Shown here in pieces: positions 28,891 through 41,282 of a stretch of 64,000 nt of DNA. Made by a program: the position numbers and the translations under genes. The stretch is from Octopus vulgaris. Its lineage: Eukaryota. The stretch is taken from positions 29,574,001-29,638,000 of the forward strand of contig OX597823.1 in assembly GCA_951406725.2 (NCBI GenBank), given 5' to 3'. Position 1 is the stretch's first letter. Every line of letters starts with the position of its first letter. The notes below the pieces were generated by a model that saw nothing but the letters and a program-made list of their open reading frames with translations, did not search any database and had not been told where the DNA came from.

Positions 28891-29779
28891 AGATGTTATT
28901 GAGTGCAATCTTTCCGCTAGGTCCTAAGTGTTGGCAATTTTTTGGTCATGCGCTCCACGGGTTTTGTTTTTTCTTTATTTTACTTTAGTTTTTTTTTTTT
29001 TTTCCTTATTTTGTTTTGTATTTAAAAGAAAATTATTTTGGTGGGCGAAAAATGTGACGAGGTCGTTTAATTGGTGTTGGTGTATCTGTATGTTATTCGA
29101 GGTTGTTATTGCGATCAAATGGCAATGAAGTGGAGGAAGGGCTTTGTAGGCGTTGTTGTTGTTGTTATTGCTGCTGCTGCTGATGTTGATGATGATGATG
29201 ATGATGATGGTTACTGGTTTGTTTTTGTTGTTGTTGTTCTTTTTATTTCTAGTCCATGTTGGGTCCCACTTTACGCTACGTTGGGTAAATGTCGTTTAAC
29301 CAGTTGTTCTAGGGTTGACCAAAAATTATGGGCGAAATATGGCCGAAGGAAACAGTAGCTTTTTTTTTCTTTTCTTTTGGAGTTATTTTAACAGTATGGT
29401 CATGCAAAGAAGGCGTTAAGATCATTATAGAACCCCGTGGAAAGCAATGCACGCAGGGACCCCTCCCGCCTACATAATTAGGCCCTGCACCCATGGGTTC
29501 CTCGATTCAACCAGACGTCACTAGTCACTATGCTTAAAGACGTCACTAGTCACAGCAAGAAAGGTGCCACTCAAAAATGATCCTTTTCGGGGCGTCTTAG
29601 ATACGTGAGCGAAAGGTAGCCTCACAAAAAAAGGTCATGACCTCTGATGAGTGCATGCAGAGTAGTATTAGCTGAAGTTAAAGGCATCTCAGGTGGAGTC
29701 GTCTTAAGAACGGGCATACTGAGAAATCGCCCGAGGGCTTCAAGGGGCCTTGGGAAACCATTTCTAATATATGTAATTC

Positions 29780-30092
29780 ATGTTTGCGTCACATCGCAAC
29801 ACTAAAACATAACTATTTTATCTCAACTGGCCCTGATCCCTTTAACATCATACCAAGAAACATAAGAGAAGAAAAAGGTCCCATAACGTTCAAACGGTTC
29901 CTGGACGAATATCTCCAACAATTTCCAGATAATCCACCCACACTCGGATATATATCTGCAAGCAATAACTCTTTACTCGAATGAGCTATGGCGCCCAAAG
30001 AATGACGCATATGAAACACTTTTAAATGTCTTTTCCGGGTGTGCTATTGAGTTAGATATGGTTTGGGCCAATACTGGCCGAAACTTGTCTTA
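29780..30092 (+). mobile_element. CR1-group LINE 3' end fragment
   Basis: HNYFISTGPDPFNIIPRNIREE..FKRFLDEYLQQFPDNP..NNSLLE; homologous to the 62.5-62.9 kb copy including the 3' UTR. Confidence 0.65.
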
Positions 30093-30129
30093 GTATGTAT
30101 GCTCGCTGGCTTGTTGTCAATAAATAATA

Positions 30130-30570
<441 letters not shown>

Positions 30571-31116
30571 TTTATTGGTTAGCCAGGGTCAATGATGCAG
30601 CAAAGACAGCTTTGATCTTAGGCCTGTGCTGAGCCTCAGGGTTCATAAGGCCGGAGCTTAACTCAGTTATCATGATATTTATGTGACTGAGATTACACTA
30701 TACACCCCGCTGGATGGGACACCAGTCCATCACAGAATGAACTTCCCAGCGTTTGCTGAAACTTGCACCTGAGTGAACTGGAACAACATGAAATGAAGTG
30801 TGTTACTGAAGGCACTGTCTAGTCCCGGGATTAAACCTACGATTGATATCGCAACACTCTAACCGCCACGTTACAATTTCCTATCTGAGCTTAAAGAAAA
30901 GAGGTGGGCGATCCGCAACGGGCGACGCTTCTATGGAAGCCATAGTTTTAGGCTTGCTGTATAAGCCTGTACGGACTTTAGGGGCCCCTGGATATAGAGC
31001 CTTCGCTTAGAGGTGGGTGAAATTAATCACCCAAAGGAGTTCATTAACGTTCTTGGGTAGAAAACTTGGCCGAGTTTCGGTTGAAATATTCCATGCAAGC
31101 AAAAAGGGTTACAGAA

Positions 31117-31527
31117 GCGCAGGAGTGGCTGTGTGGTAAGTAGCTTGCTAACCAACCACATGGTTCCGGGTTCAGTCCCACTGCGTGGCATCTTGGGCAA
31201 GTGTCTTCTGCTATAGCCCCGGGCCGACCAATGTCTTGTGAGTGGATTTGGTAGACGAAAACTGAAAGAAGCCTGTCGTATATATGTATATATATATATG
31301 TATGTGTGTGTGTGTGTTTGTGTGTCTGTGTTTGTCCCCCTAGCATTGCCTGACAACCGATGCTGGTGTGTTTACGTCCCCGTCACTTAGCGGTTCGGCA
31401 AAAGAGACCGATATAATAAGTACTGGACTTACAAAGAATAAGTTCCGGGGTCGATTTGCTCGACTAAAGGCGGTGCTCCAGCATGGCCGCAGTCAAATGA
31501 CTGAAACAAGTAAAAGAGTAAAAGAGT
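31117..31527 (+). mobile_element. SINE family A (tRNA-like head, CORE-like CCTTGGGCAAG segment, internal microsatellite, (GTAAAAGA) tail), full copy
   Basis: A-box-like GTGGCTGTGTGGT and B-box-like GGTTCAGTCCC; more than 12 related copies in the window. Confidence 0.85.
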
Positions 31528-32495
31528 ATATGCAAATGAAATTTTTGAAAAGGAACAACTTTACGTACTCAAATTTTCCATTGTATAAAAGATATAAATT
31601 CTAAAAGAAATGGTGAGGTGGGTGAAAGGGGATATGATAAAAGAAACGTTACCCATTTTTTTCCCCCATGTGGCATATGACTTCTAATTCAAAACCCCAC
31701 ACTGAAAATTTAATCCGTTGCATAATTTAACAATATCATCTCATCCTTAGATGTTTCTGTCGTGGCGGCTATCTGTTACTGGTCAAATTCGAACCAGATT
31801 TCCGATCCTAGGCAAACATTTTCCTATCTAACCCGGATGCCCCAGCAGTGTATCTGAAAAAAGAGGGGCGATCCGCAACGGGCGTCGCTTTTATGGAAGA
31901 CATATTTTGGAGTCTGCTGTATAAAGCCGTACGGACTTTAGGGGACCCGGATATGGCGCAGTGAATCCAGGTAAAAAACGTAACAGGAAATAAGACACAG
32001 TAATAAAATCACAAGAAAAAAAGTCACAGGGGTTTTGTCCTAAGGGGGGGTTTGTCTGGATCCCATAAATTAATTGCGACTTTTGCTTCCAAGCCAAAAT
32101 TGTGACTTCGTTACTGTGACTTTATTACCTGTCACCAGCGCAGCAAATCCAAGGGTTGCTCTGGGCCGTAAACACACGAGCCCCTCCACTAGGATGTTCT
32201 GATAGGGTACATGCGTGCTGCGCTATTTTCTCTGGTTTAAACCATTAAGAAAATAGTATTTAGAAATATTTGCCAGTTTTCTGTGTTTTCTGGTTTATTT
32301 TTATTTAGTTGGTGTTTGATATTCACTTTTCTTCCATTTGTCTGTGATGTTGGTGTATCCTGTTTGAAGTTGTTTTTGTTTGTTATGGGATTGGCTGGTT
32401 TGGGGCCTTTTTTTCATGTGTTACTGGGTTTTTAACTGAGTGTGAAAGTGTGAGAGAGAGAGAAGGGGAGCGGAGGGAGGGAGAGAGAGAGAGAG

Positions 32496-32529
<34 letters not shown>

Positions 32530-33289
32530 CGTATGTGTATGTGAACGAGAGAGAGAGAAAGAGAAGGGTAGGTGGAGGGAGGGAGAAAGAGTGACTGTGT
32601 GTGAGAGAGTGTGTGTGTGTGTGTGCGCTTGCTTGCTTGCATGCATTTGCTGGCAAAATATGTTGATTCTTTTCTCTGAAAAAAAAAAGGTGCTTTAATT
32701 TTGTTTAATCATTTTGATTTAATTATCAGTTGTTCAATGTTTTAGAATTCATTCAGCAAACTTTGATTTTGTTTCCTGGTAGAACCTGTTCCAATGTTGT
32801 CTTTTCCATTCTTTTCTTTTTCTTTTTGATAGAAACCATTAAAGCGTTCATATTTTCTTCTTCGATACGTGTATGCTGATAGGATAATTGCTAAGCGGTT
32901 AGAGAGGTGCAGGGATAAAATATTGGCCGGTTACTGGTTATCGTGGCTAAGTTTGCGGAACGGAAGGTCTAGCATGGGGGAAAGCTATTGTAGTTGACTT
33001 GGTTGAAGTATGTGAATGGGTTGGTGTAGAATATTTAGGATATATTCTCTTGCATTATCAGTTTTTCTGGAAACCAAGATCTGTTATAAGTATGAAATCT
33101 CCTTCAATGGTACACCACACACTGATACACTAGACACAGTCATCTCACACTCCATCAAACAGATGACCATGTGTCAACAGCCATGTCTTGAAAAGAACAC
33201 GTGATGGAGGCTCACGAGAAGCTTGCCAGGTACCAGAAACTGGAAGAGCAGAATAGTAGAAGCCAAGAATAGTGGGAACGGTACGAACA

Positions 33290-33500
33290 AGAATGTATAT
33301 TTTCCACAAGATTCTGTATGATGACCATCTCCAGCTAATCTCGTCTCAGATAAAGCAACGATGTCAAGATCATAGCATCGAAGCTACTTCGCAGCAAGCG
33401 CACTCCTTCGTTCAGGACATTCAGAGGACTCGCGGTCAAGCAGCGTCCGTACATTCCAACAGCCAATATTCAATATTTTATATGGTTCTATCACAGTAGC
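33290..33500 (-). mobile_element. RTE AP-endonuclease N-terminal fragment, inverted relative to the adjacent RT
   Basis: Minus strand reads KILNIGCWNVRTLLDRESSECPERRSALAAK*LRCYDLDIVALSETRLAGDG (WNVRTL and SETR motifs). Confidence 0.85.
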
Positions 33501-33534
33501 ATGATGACGGCCGAATTCAGACTGTGATGCTCTG

Positions 33535-35158
33535 GATTTATGTCAGGTTTTTGTCGATCTGACAAAAGCCTTTGATACTGTCAATAGAAATGCACTATGG
33601 AAAGTCCTCCAGAAACATGGGTGTCCTGAAAAGTTCCTTGCTTTGGTTAGGTCTTTTCATGAAGACATGAGGGGTAGGGTTAATGTTAGAGGGAAAATGT
33701 CGGAGCCTATCTCAATAAAAAAATGGAGTGAAACAGGGGGACATTCTGGCACCGACCCTATTTGCCATATATTTTGCGATGGTTTTCTGTATTGCATTCA
33801 GAAACTGCAGATATGGTGTTTACATCCATTATCGAAGCTCTGGCAGCATATTTAATATCAGGCACTTTGCTGCAAAAACAAAGGTATTTACCTCTATCAT
33901 AAGAGACCTTTTGTATGCAGATGATTGTGATCTATTAGCGCACACAGAGATATGCAACACATTTTGAATGCATTCTCTGATGCTTGCACTGCCTTAGGAT
34001 TGACAGTCAGTCTCAAGAAAGCTGTTGTCATGTACCAACCTGCCCCTGGCAAGCAGTATAATGAACCAAATATCTATGTGTATGGTAAACGACTTGATGT
34101 AGTTGATCAATTTGTCTACCTGGGAAGCATTGTTAATAGATATAGCAATTTGGATAATGAAATTCTATACAGAATTAGGAAAGCAAGTGATGCTTTCGGA
34201 AGGCTAGAAAGGCGCCCCTGGAGTCGGCGAGACATGCAGGAAGACAAAGATAAAGGTGTACAAGGCATGTCTGCTCTCTTCTCTTCTTTATACCTGCGAG
34301 ACGTGGGTCACATATCGATCCCACCTTAAACAACTGGAACATTTCCATCAGATGTGTCTCAGACGGATCTATGGCATTAAGTGGGAGGACCGCATCAGTG
34401 ATCTTGAAATATTGGAATGCTCTCCGTGTGAAAGTATAGAAGCTCTTGTGTTAAAGCAAAGGCTCAGATGGAGTGGTCATCTATCTGGTCAGGATGAAGG
34501 ATTCAAGGATGCCAAAACAACTCTTTTATGGAGAATTAGCTAAAGGAGACCGACCTCCACATAAACCAAAAAAGGGGTATGAGAACTTGCTGAAGGCTTC
34601 CTTAAGAGATGCTTGCATCTCTCCTGACACATGGGAGGTCATAGCTATTGACCGTAGCAGGTGGAGAAGGATTGTGCACGAGGGGACAGCTACTTTTGAG
34701 AGATCTCGAGTTGCGCATGAGAAAGTAAGGAGGGATGTCAGGAAAGGCATCGCTGTTGCACTTCCAGATGTTAAGGGTCTTCCTATGATGCTGACATGCA
34801 GTGTCTGTGCAAGACCCCTGCCTCAGTAAAGCTGGACTCAAGAGTTATCTTCATAGTCATAAAGCGAGACAGTTGATTGACAACCAGGCCACTGGTGGTG
34901 GTGTTACATACCATACTAATCATATCTGTCAGGCATGTGGAAGGGAGTGTAATTTGGCGAGAGGACTTAAACGACATGCAAAGGTATATGAAGCCCAGTT
35001 ACAACTACAGCCGGCTATTGCAGATAAAGGTTTTAGCTGCCAATTCTGTACAAGATATTGTAGATCTTTAGCTGGGCTAAAAGTCACATTCGATCACAGT
35101 ACCGATAACAGTTAAGTCTCGTGCAATGGCCATACTCGATAACGAGGGGGCAGCCATC
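33535..35158 (+). mobile_element. RTE-clade LINE, 5'-truncated, frameshifted RT plus C-terminal C2H2-like fingers and 3' UTR
   Basis: [63 protein letters not shown] motifs across frames, then three CxxC...H fingers. Ends at a (CATA)n tract. Confidence 0.92.
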
Positions 35159-35175
35159 ATACATACATACATACA

Positions 35176-35247
<72 letters not shown>

Positions 35248-35251
35248 TGTG

Positions 35252-35298
<47 letters not shown>

Positions 35299-35309
35299 GT
35301 GTGTGTCTG

Positions 35310-35535
35310 TGTATGTTTGTGTGTCTGTGTTTGTCCCCCTCCCCCAACATCGCTTGACAACCGATGCTGATGTGTTTACGTCCCCGTAACTTAGCGGTTC
35401 GGCAAAAGAGACCGATAGAATAAATACTAGGCTTACAAAATAGTAAGTCCTGGGGTCGATTTGGTCGACTAAAGGCGGTGCACCAAACATGGCCACAATC
35501 AAATGACTGAAACAAGTAAAAGAGTAAAAGAGAAT
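35310..35535 (+). mobile_element. SINE family A, 3' half
   Basis: Matches the 3' half of family A after the microsatellite. Confidence 0.75.
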
Positions 35536-35774
35536 GGTTGAGGGAAAATGTTTGGGGTAGATTTTGTGCCCCACTAAGAGACAATTGGTTCCTGGTTTGG
35601 ATCAAAATAAAGGAATCAATAATGGTAAGGTGGAGAACGGACAAAGTCATTACAGTGTCTCATAGAGTATCTCACGTCATTTATTCTAAGTCTCTGTACT
35701 GTGAGATCAAATCTCACGGAGATCAGCTTCGTCTTTCATTCTTTAGGGGGGTGGATAAAAATAGATGTCAAATA

Positions 35775-36000
35775 GTATTATTTACTACCCACAAGGGGCT
35801 AAACACAGAGGGGACAAACAAGGACAGACAAAGGGATTAAGTCGATTATATTGACCCCCAGTGTTTCACTGGTACTTAATTTATCGACCCCGAAAGGATG
35901 AAAGGCAAAGTCGACCTCGGCGGAATTTGAACTCAGAACGTAGCGGAAGACGAAATACTGCTAAGCATTTCGCCCGGCGTGCTAACGTTTCAGCCAGCTC
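35775..36000 (-). mobile_element. SINE family B copy
   Basis: Reverse-complement match to 26153-26385. Confidence 0.85.
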
Positions 36001-36054
36001 ACTGGGAGGAGTTGAGAGTAGGAGAGAGAGAGACAGACAGAGAAAGACAGAGAA

Positions 36055-36109
<55 letters not shown>

Positions 36110-36599
36110 GACAGTGAAACACAGAGACAGGCGGAGAGAGAAGAAAGAAGAGAGAGAAGAAGATGAAGAGAGACAAAGAGAAGATCCTCTAGCTGGAGAG
36201 ATGTATACCTTGGTGAATGAAAGAATGGTTGGCTGGTTGGCTGGCTAGCTTGCTGGCTAGTTTGCTGGCTGGCTGGCTGAATAGATGAATGGATGGATGA
36301 ATAAATTAATGGAGGGATTAATGAATGAATAAATAACGGAAGCCTGGAACTAAAACAAAAGATGTTATAGTAGTTCTTGCATAAATTTTTTCCATATTGC
36401 TTTGCTTTGTTTCCGCTTTATGTTCAACATATTGAATAATTAAATAAAACCTGTATTTAAAAAAAAAAAAAATCATGTTTTAGTTTTGAATGCAAAATAG
36501 ATTTACACAGCCAAGTGAAAAGTCATTGTGACCCAGAAGTGGCGCTCAAAAATTTTGGTGGCTCACAGCGATATTGGTATATTTAGAAAAACGTGTTGT

Positions 36600-37226
36600 A
36601 CATACATACATATGTACTTACATGCATAAATACATACATACATACATACATACATACATACAAAAATACATACATACATACGTACATACATACAGGCATA
36701 CAGGCATACGTATATACATACATACATACATACATACATACATACATACATACATACATACATACATACATACATACATACATGCATACATACATGCATA
36801 TATGGTGGCTGCCCCTTCGTTATCGAGTATGGCCATTGCACGAAGCTTAATCAATGTTGTTATCGTGCAATGCCTGTGCAAGAAGATATTTTTTTAAGTG
36901 CATATATACATACATACATACATACATACATACATACATACATGTATACATACATACGTATATACATACATACATACATACATGCATACATGCATGCATA
37001 TATACGTACATACATACATACATATATGCATGCATACATGCATGCATACATGCATACATGCATGCATACATACATACATACATACATACATACATGCATA
37101 TATACATACATACATACATACATACATACATGCATACATGCATGCATGCATACATACATACATACATGCATACATACATACATACATGCATGCATGCATA
37201 CATGCATGCATACATACATACATACA

Positions 37227-37258
<32 letters not shown>

Positions 37259-37353
37259 CATACATACATACATGCATACATGCATGCATATATACGTACA
37301 TACGTACATACATACATACATACATACATACATACATACATACATACATACAT
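36600..37353. repeat. (CATA/CATG)n microsatellite array
   Basis: Direct inspection. Confidence 0.95.
36802..36895 (-). mobile_element. Short 3' end of an RTE related to the 33.5-35.2 kb element
   Basis: Shares TCGTGCAATGGCCATACTCGATAACGA.GGGGCAGCCA with 35119-35156. Embedded in a (CATA)n array. Confidence 0.75.
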
Positions 37354-37659
37354 TTCTACGACTTCACCAACTCTTCTGACCCTCTAATTCCCTCTATTGT
37401 AATCCCATGGATTACCATATGTGGGGTGCGGTTGAGAAGGACACCAACCGCTCTACCCGCAATATCAAGGCCGAATTGGAGGTGTTTGAAGGAAAAGATG
37501 CTCCAGATTCCGAAGTCTGAAATACCCATTTAGCAATGCCACCATCACAGTTTGGTAATTTTTGTCCGCTACATTTATATTTCTGTATTTTTTAGCACTA
37601 CACGTTTATAAGAGATGTTTCCTTGGTAGAGTCTGAATGCGACGATGACCTGGGGGCGA

Positions 37660-37865
37660 CTCTAGGTCTCGAGTTTGATAGGGTTGACCATCGATACTAG
37701 CGGCTGTGCTTGCGCGGTTTGGCCTAGGCCTTGGCTTCCTCAGGTGATTTATCGGTTTGTACTACAACATTGACTCGATAGTTCGGGTGAACGGTTTCCT
37801 TTCAAAACCGTTCTGCATCACACGGTCGGTTTGTCAAGGATGTCCGCTCTCTCCACTTATGTATG
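37660..37865 (+). mobile_element. L1/Tx1-type reverse transcriptase fragment
   Basis: FDRVDH..LYYNIDSIVRVNGFLSKPFCITRSVCQGCPLSPLMY (QGCPLSP motif). Confidence 0.7.
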
Positions 37866-37899
37866 TATATATTCCACCAGCATTTTTTAGTTTTGAAGT

Positions 37900-38262
37900 T
37901 GAGCTGGCAGAAACGTTAGCATGCCGGGCGAAATGTTTAGCGGTATTTCGCCTGCCGTTACGTTGTGAGTTCAAATTCCGCCGAGATCGACTTTGCCTTT
38001 CATCCTTTCGGGGTCGATTAAATAAGTACCAGTTACGCACTGGGGTCGATGTAACCGACTTAATCCGTTTGTCTGTCCTTGTTTGTCCTCTCTGTATTTA
38101 GCCCCTTGTGAGTAGTAAAGAAATAGGTATTTCATCTGCCGTTACGTTCTGAGTTCAAATTCCGCCGATGTCGACTTTGCCTTTCATCCTTCTGGGGCCG
38201 AGGTAATCCACATAATCTCTTTGTCTGCCCTTGTTTAGCCCTCTGTGAGCAATAAAGAAATA
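37900..38262 (+). mobile_element. SINE family B dimer
   Basis: Full copy plus head-truncated second unit. Confidence 0.8.
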
Positions 38263-38332
38263 ACTATAAGCGTATGTGCGAGCGGATTAATTTGTGCTCT
38301 TGTAGTGGGTGTTTTTAAATACACAAGTGCGC

Positions 38333-38373
<41 letters not shown>

Positions 38374-38613
38374 CTTGCGTGCGAGTATTCTTTAATTTGG
38401 ATATAAAAGCTGTAAGTTTTCTCACCAGTTCTCCATAGATGTTCTCTTTTTCCTCGATTGTTGACGAAACATTCACATCCGCCTCGCAGCTGCTCCCTTC
38501 AGCTGCACGACTTTTGCTTCCCGTGCCGTAGAATAATATCTGGCCAGCTGTGTTTACACCGGGTCGATGTTTTTATTGGAATATTCCACCAACATTCTTT
38601 ACTTTTGAAGATA

Positions 38614-39015
38614 AGGCGGCGAGCTGGCAGAAACGTTAGCACGCTGGGCGAAGTGCTTAGCGGCATTTCATATGTCTTTACGTTCTGAGTTCAAATTCCG
38701 CCGAGATCGACTTTACATTTCATCCATTCGGGGTCGATAAATTAAGTCCCAGTTCCGAACTGGGGTCGATAAATTAAGTACCAGTTTCGTACTGGGACCG
38801 ATAAATTAAGTACCAGTTGCGTACTGGGGTTGATAAATTAAGTACCAGTTGCGTACAAGGTTTGATATATTAAATACCAGTTGAGTACTGGGGTCGATAA
38901 ACTAAGTACCAGTTGCGTACTGGGGTCGATAAATTAAGTACCAGTTGCGTCCTGTGGTCGATCTAATCGACTGGCTCCCTCCCAAAAAAGTTCATGCCTT
39001 GTGGTCAGATAGAAT
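38614..39015 (+). mobile_element. SINE family B copy with internal 32-bp minisatellite
   Basis: Head and tail of family B around seven tandem 32-mers. Confidence 0.85.
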
Positions 39016-39940
39016 AAAGCTCTTTACTTCTGAAGGTGTCGGTACATCCTGACCCTTGTAGGCCTTTGGCATGGCCATCATGACAAACCTTCCTGCGGAT
39101 TGTACCATTGTCAGATAGTTTTAGGGAATATGTTGTGCCTCATCAGAAGTAATATCTTGTTAATATTTTGGGGTTGCTGCTAAATATTTGGGTGATATCT
39201 TCCTCATTACTGTGGCACTATCGACATTTCTCTATCACATTGTAGGTACATTCTTATTTCCCCCGTTGGTCATTCATTTGACGTGTACGTACATGTATAA
39301 GAATATACGTACGTGTATAAGAATATACGTACGTGTATAAGAATGTGCGTACGTGTATAAGAATGTACGTACGTACATGTGAAGGCAAATGGCCTTGATG
39401 TTGAGGTGTTCGCTCATTCATGATCGCGAGATCACGGTTTCGATCCCTGGGCGTTGTTCTGCGATCACTTCGGCATTTGATACGTGGCAAGCCGTGCACC
39501 TTGTACAAGCAATGTCGATTTGACGGAAGGAACGAACGAATGTACAGCGCAAATACTAGACTACTATAAACAAATCATCTGAGCACCTTCTTCAGCAAGA
39601 AGTTGCGAAATCCTCATCCTTCATTTAAGTCAGGGTACTTCATCACGTACGTGCGCGCGTGCATGCGCGTGCGTTTGCGAGTGTGTGTATCCTTACAGAC
39701 GTCGCAAGGACCCGTATATTTAAAGATACAGTTTGACCTGTTGCCTCCGCTAAATATGATATACATACATACATAGATACATAATACATATATACATATA
39801 TATAATATATATATATGACTTCGTGACTTCGTGACCGACCAGACCATCAGCTGTTGTTACACATCGCTGGTCACAATGCGTTCGCATTGTTTTAGCCTTC
39901 GAATGACGCCACCCCGCTGGCTAAGCGAGCAGGCCATATA

Positions 39941-40018
<78 letters not shown>

Positions 40019-41122
40019 ATTTATTTATACACACACACATATATATATGATATATATATATAAATATATATGTAGTGAAGGTGTGTGAACTGGTGGTTAT
40101 GGTATAGCTCTCGTGAAAGCGGACCAAATCGTTGGATCTCGATGTCTGAGATTAACCAGACTCGATAATTTCATAAGCTGCAAATGTGTGCTTTTATTCC
40201 CTTTCGTTGTCCACTGCAATCCAATCATCAACAATCTTTAGTCCCGAGAGTAACTGATCGATTTTCGTTCTATAAACGTTGTTCTGTCTGTATTAACAGT
40301 CCTTTTATGCTCTATTTAACATTAAAACCATCAAAGTTCCCTTCATCGTCAGAAGTTAAATAATCGAACATTAAAACAGGCCAACATTTACGCCAGACTC
40401 TCAAAATATTACCAAATTTTTACAGAAATTCATGCAGTTATAGATTTTAAGAACACGTCTTTAAGGGGTTGAATGTCAGGGATAGAAATAACACCGTTTT
40501 AATTAACAGCTTCATGAAATTATTTCTATATTAATGATTCTCTTGACCGTTGGTTACATGTGAGAAGTGACGCTGAGGGAAAAATCTCAGGACAAATAAT
40601 TTCACAAACTATAACTAACTTAGATTCTTGCAGGAATTTTTCTTACGGCTGTCAAGGATTAAGGAACATTTAGTGTCCAAAGTCTGACCTATATCATGTT
40701 ATCTAATCCCTTAGCTTTCAGATTATTCCGTCGAATGTAATGCTTATGTATCTATCTTTGTTTTGTATTCGTCATGCATTATCACGTGGCTTCGTGATTT
40801 CGATGGCGTGACTTTATTTTTAGAATGACATTATAGGCTAGGTGTGATAGGACAGGTCTGGACAGTTTGAACATAAAACATGTGTTTTTTGCCGAACCAC
40901 TAAGTTATGGGAATGTAAACAAACCAACACCAAAATTTACGTAAATATACGACAGGCTTCCACATAGTTTCCGTCTACCAAATTAAATCGCAAAGCATTG
41001 GTCGGCTCGATGCTGTATTAGAAGACACTTAGCCAGGGTGCCATGCAACAGGATTGAACTCGAAACCACTTATTTACATTACTTACATTTGACGGATATT
41101 TGTCCTCATCTTGTTTGTTGTT

Positions 41123-41168
41123 AACACAACGTTTCGGCTGATATACTCTCCAGCCTTCATCAGGTGTC
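41123..41168 (-). ncRNA. Minimal hammerhead ribozyme motif (mirror copy)
   Basis: Reverse-complement copy, with better stem I pairing (ACAC/GTGT). Confidence 0.65.
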
Positions 41169-41236
41169 TTGGGGAAATTTCGAACCTGGATTCTCATTGC
41201 TAAAGTATTTCGAACTCAAGTTCGAAATTTCCCCAA

Positions 41237-41282
41237 GACGCCTGATGAAGGCTGGAGGGTATATCAGCCGAAACGTTGTGTT
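41237..41282 (+). ncRNA. Minimal hammerhead ribozyme motif (Penelope-type)
   Basis: GACGC-CTGATGA-A-GGCTG[gagggtatat]CAGCC-GAAA-CG-TT-GTGTT: core boxes, stem II, palindromic AACGTT in place of stem III, short stem I. One extra A after the core and a GUU triplet. Confidence 0.65.

Noticed and set aside
28147-28902. 251-aa Thr-rich ORF resembling a mucin
   Set aside because: Pure (ACT/ACC)n repeat open in several frames on both strands; no domain or convincing splice context.
31027-31356. Recurrent ORFs such as [20 protein letters not shown] and MLGGQTQT
   Set aside because: Antisense translations of SINE family A, not a gene family.
33100-33290. Possible decayed restriction-like-endonuclease LINE fragment (..EAHEKLARYQKL)
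   Set aside because: Resemblance too weak and broken to call.
38730-38962. 32-bp repeats suggestive of a CRISPR array
   Set aside because: Units are contiguous with no spacers, lie inside a SINE, and there are no cas genes in this eukaryotic DNA.
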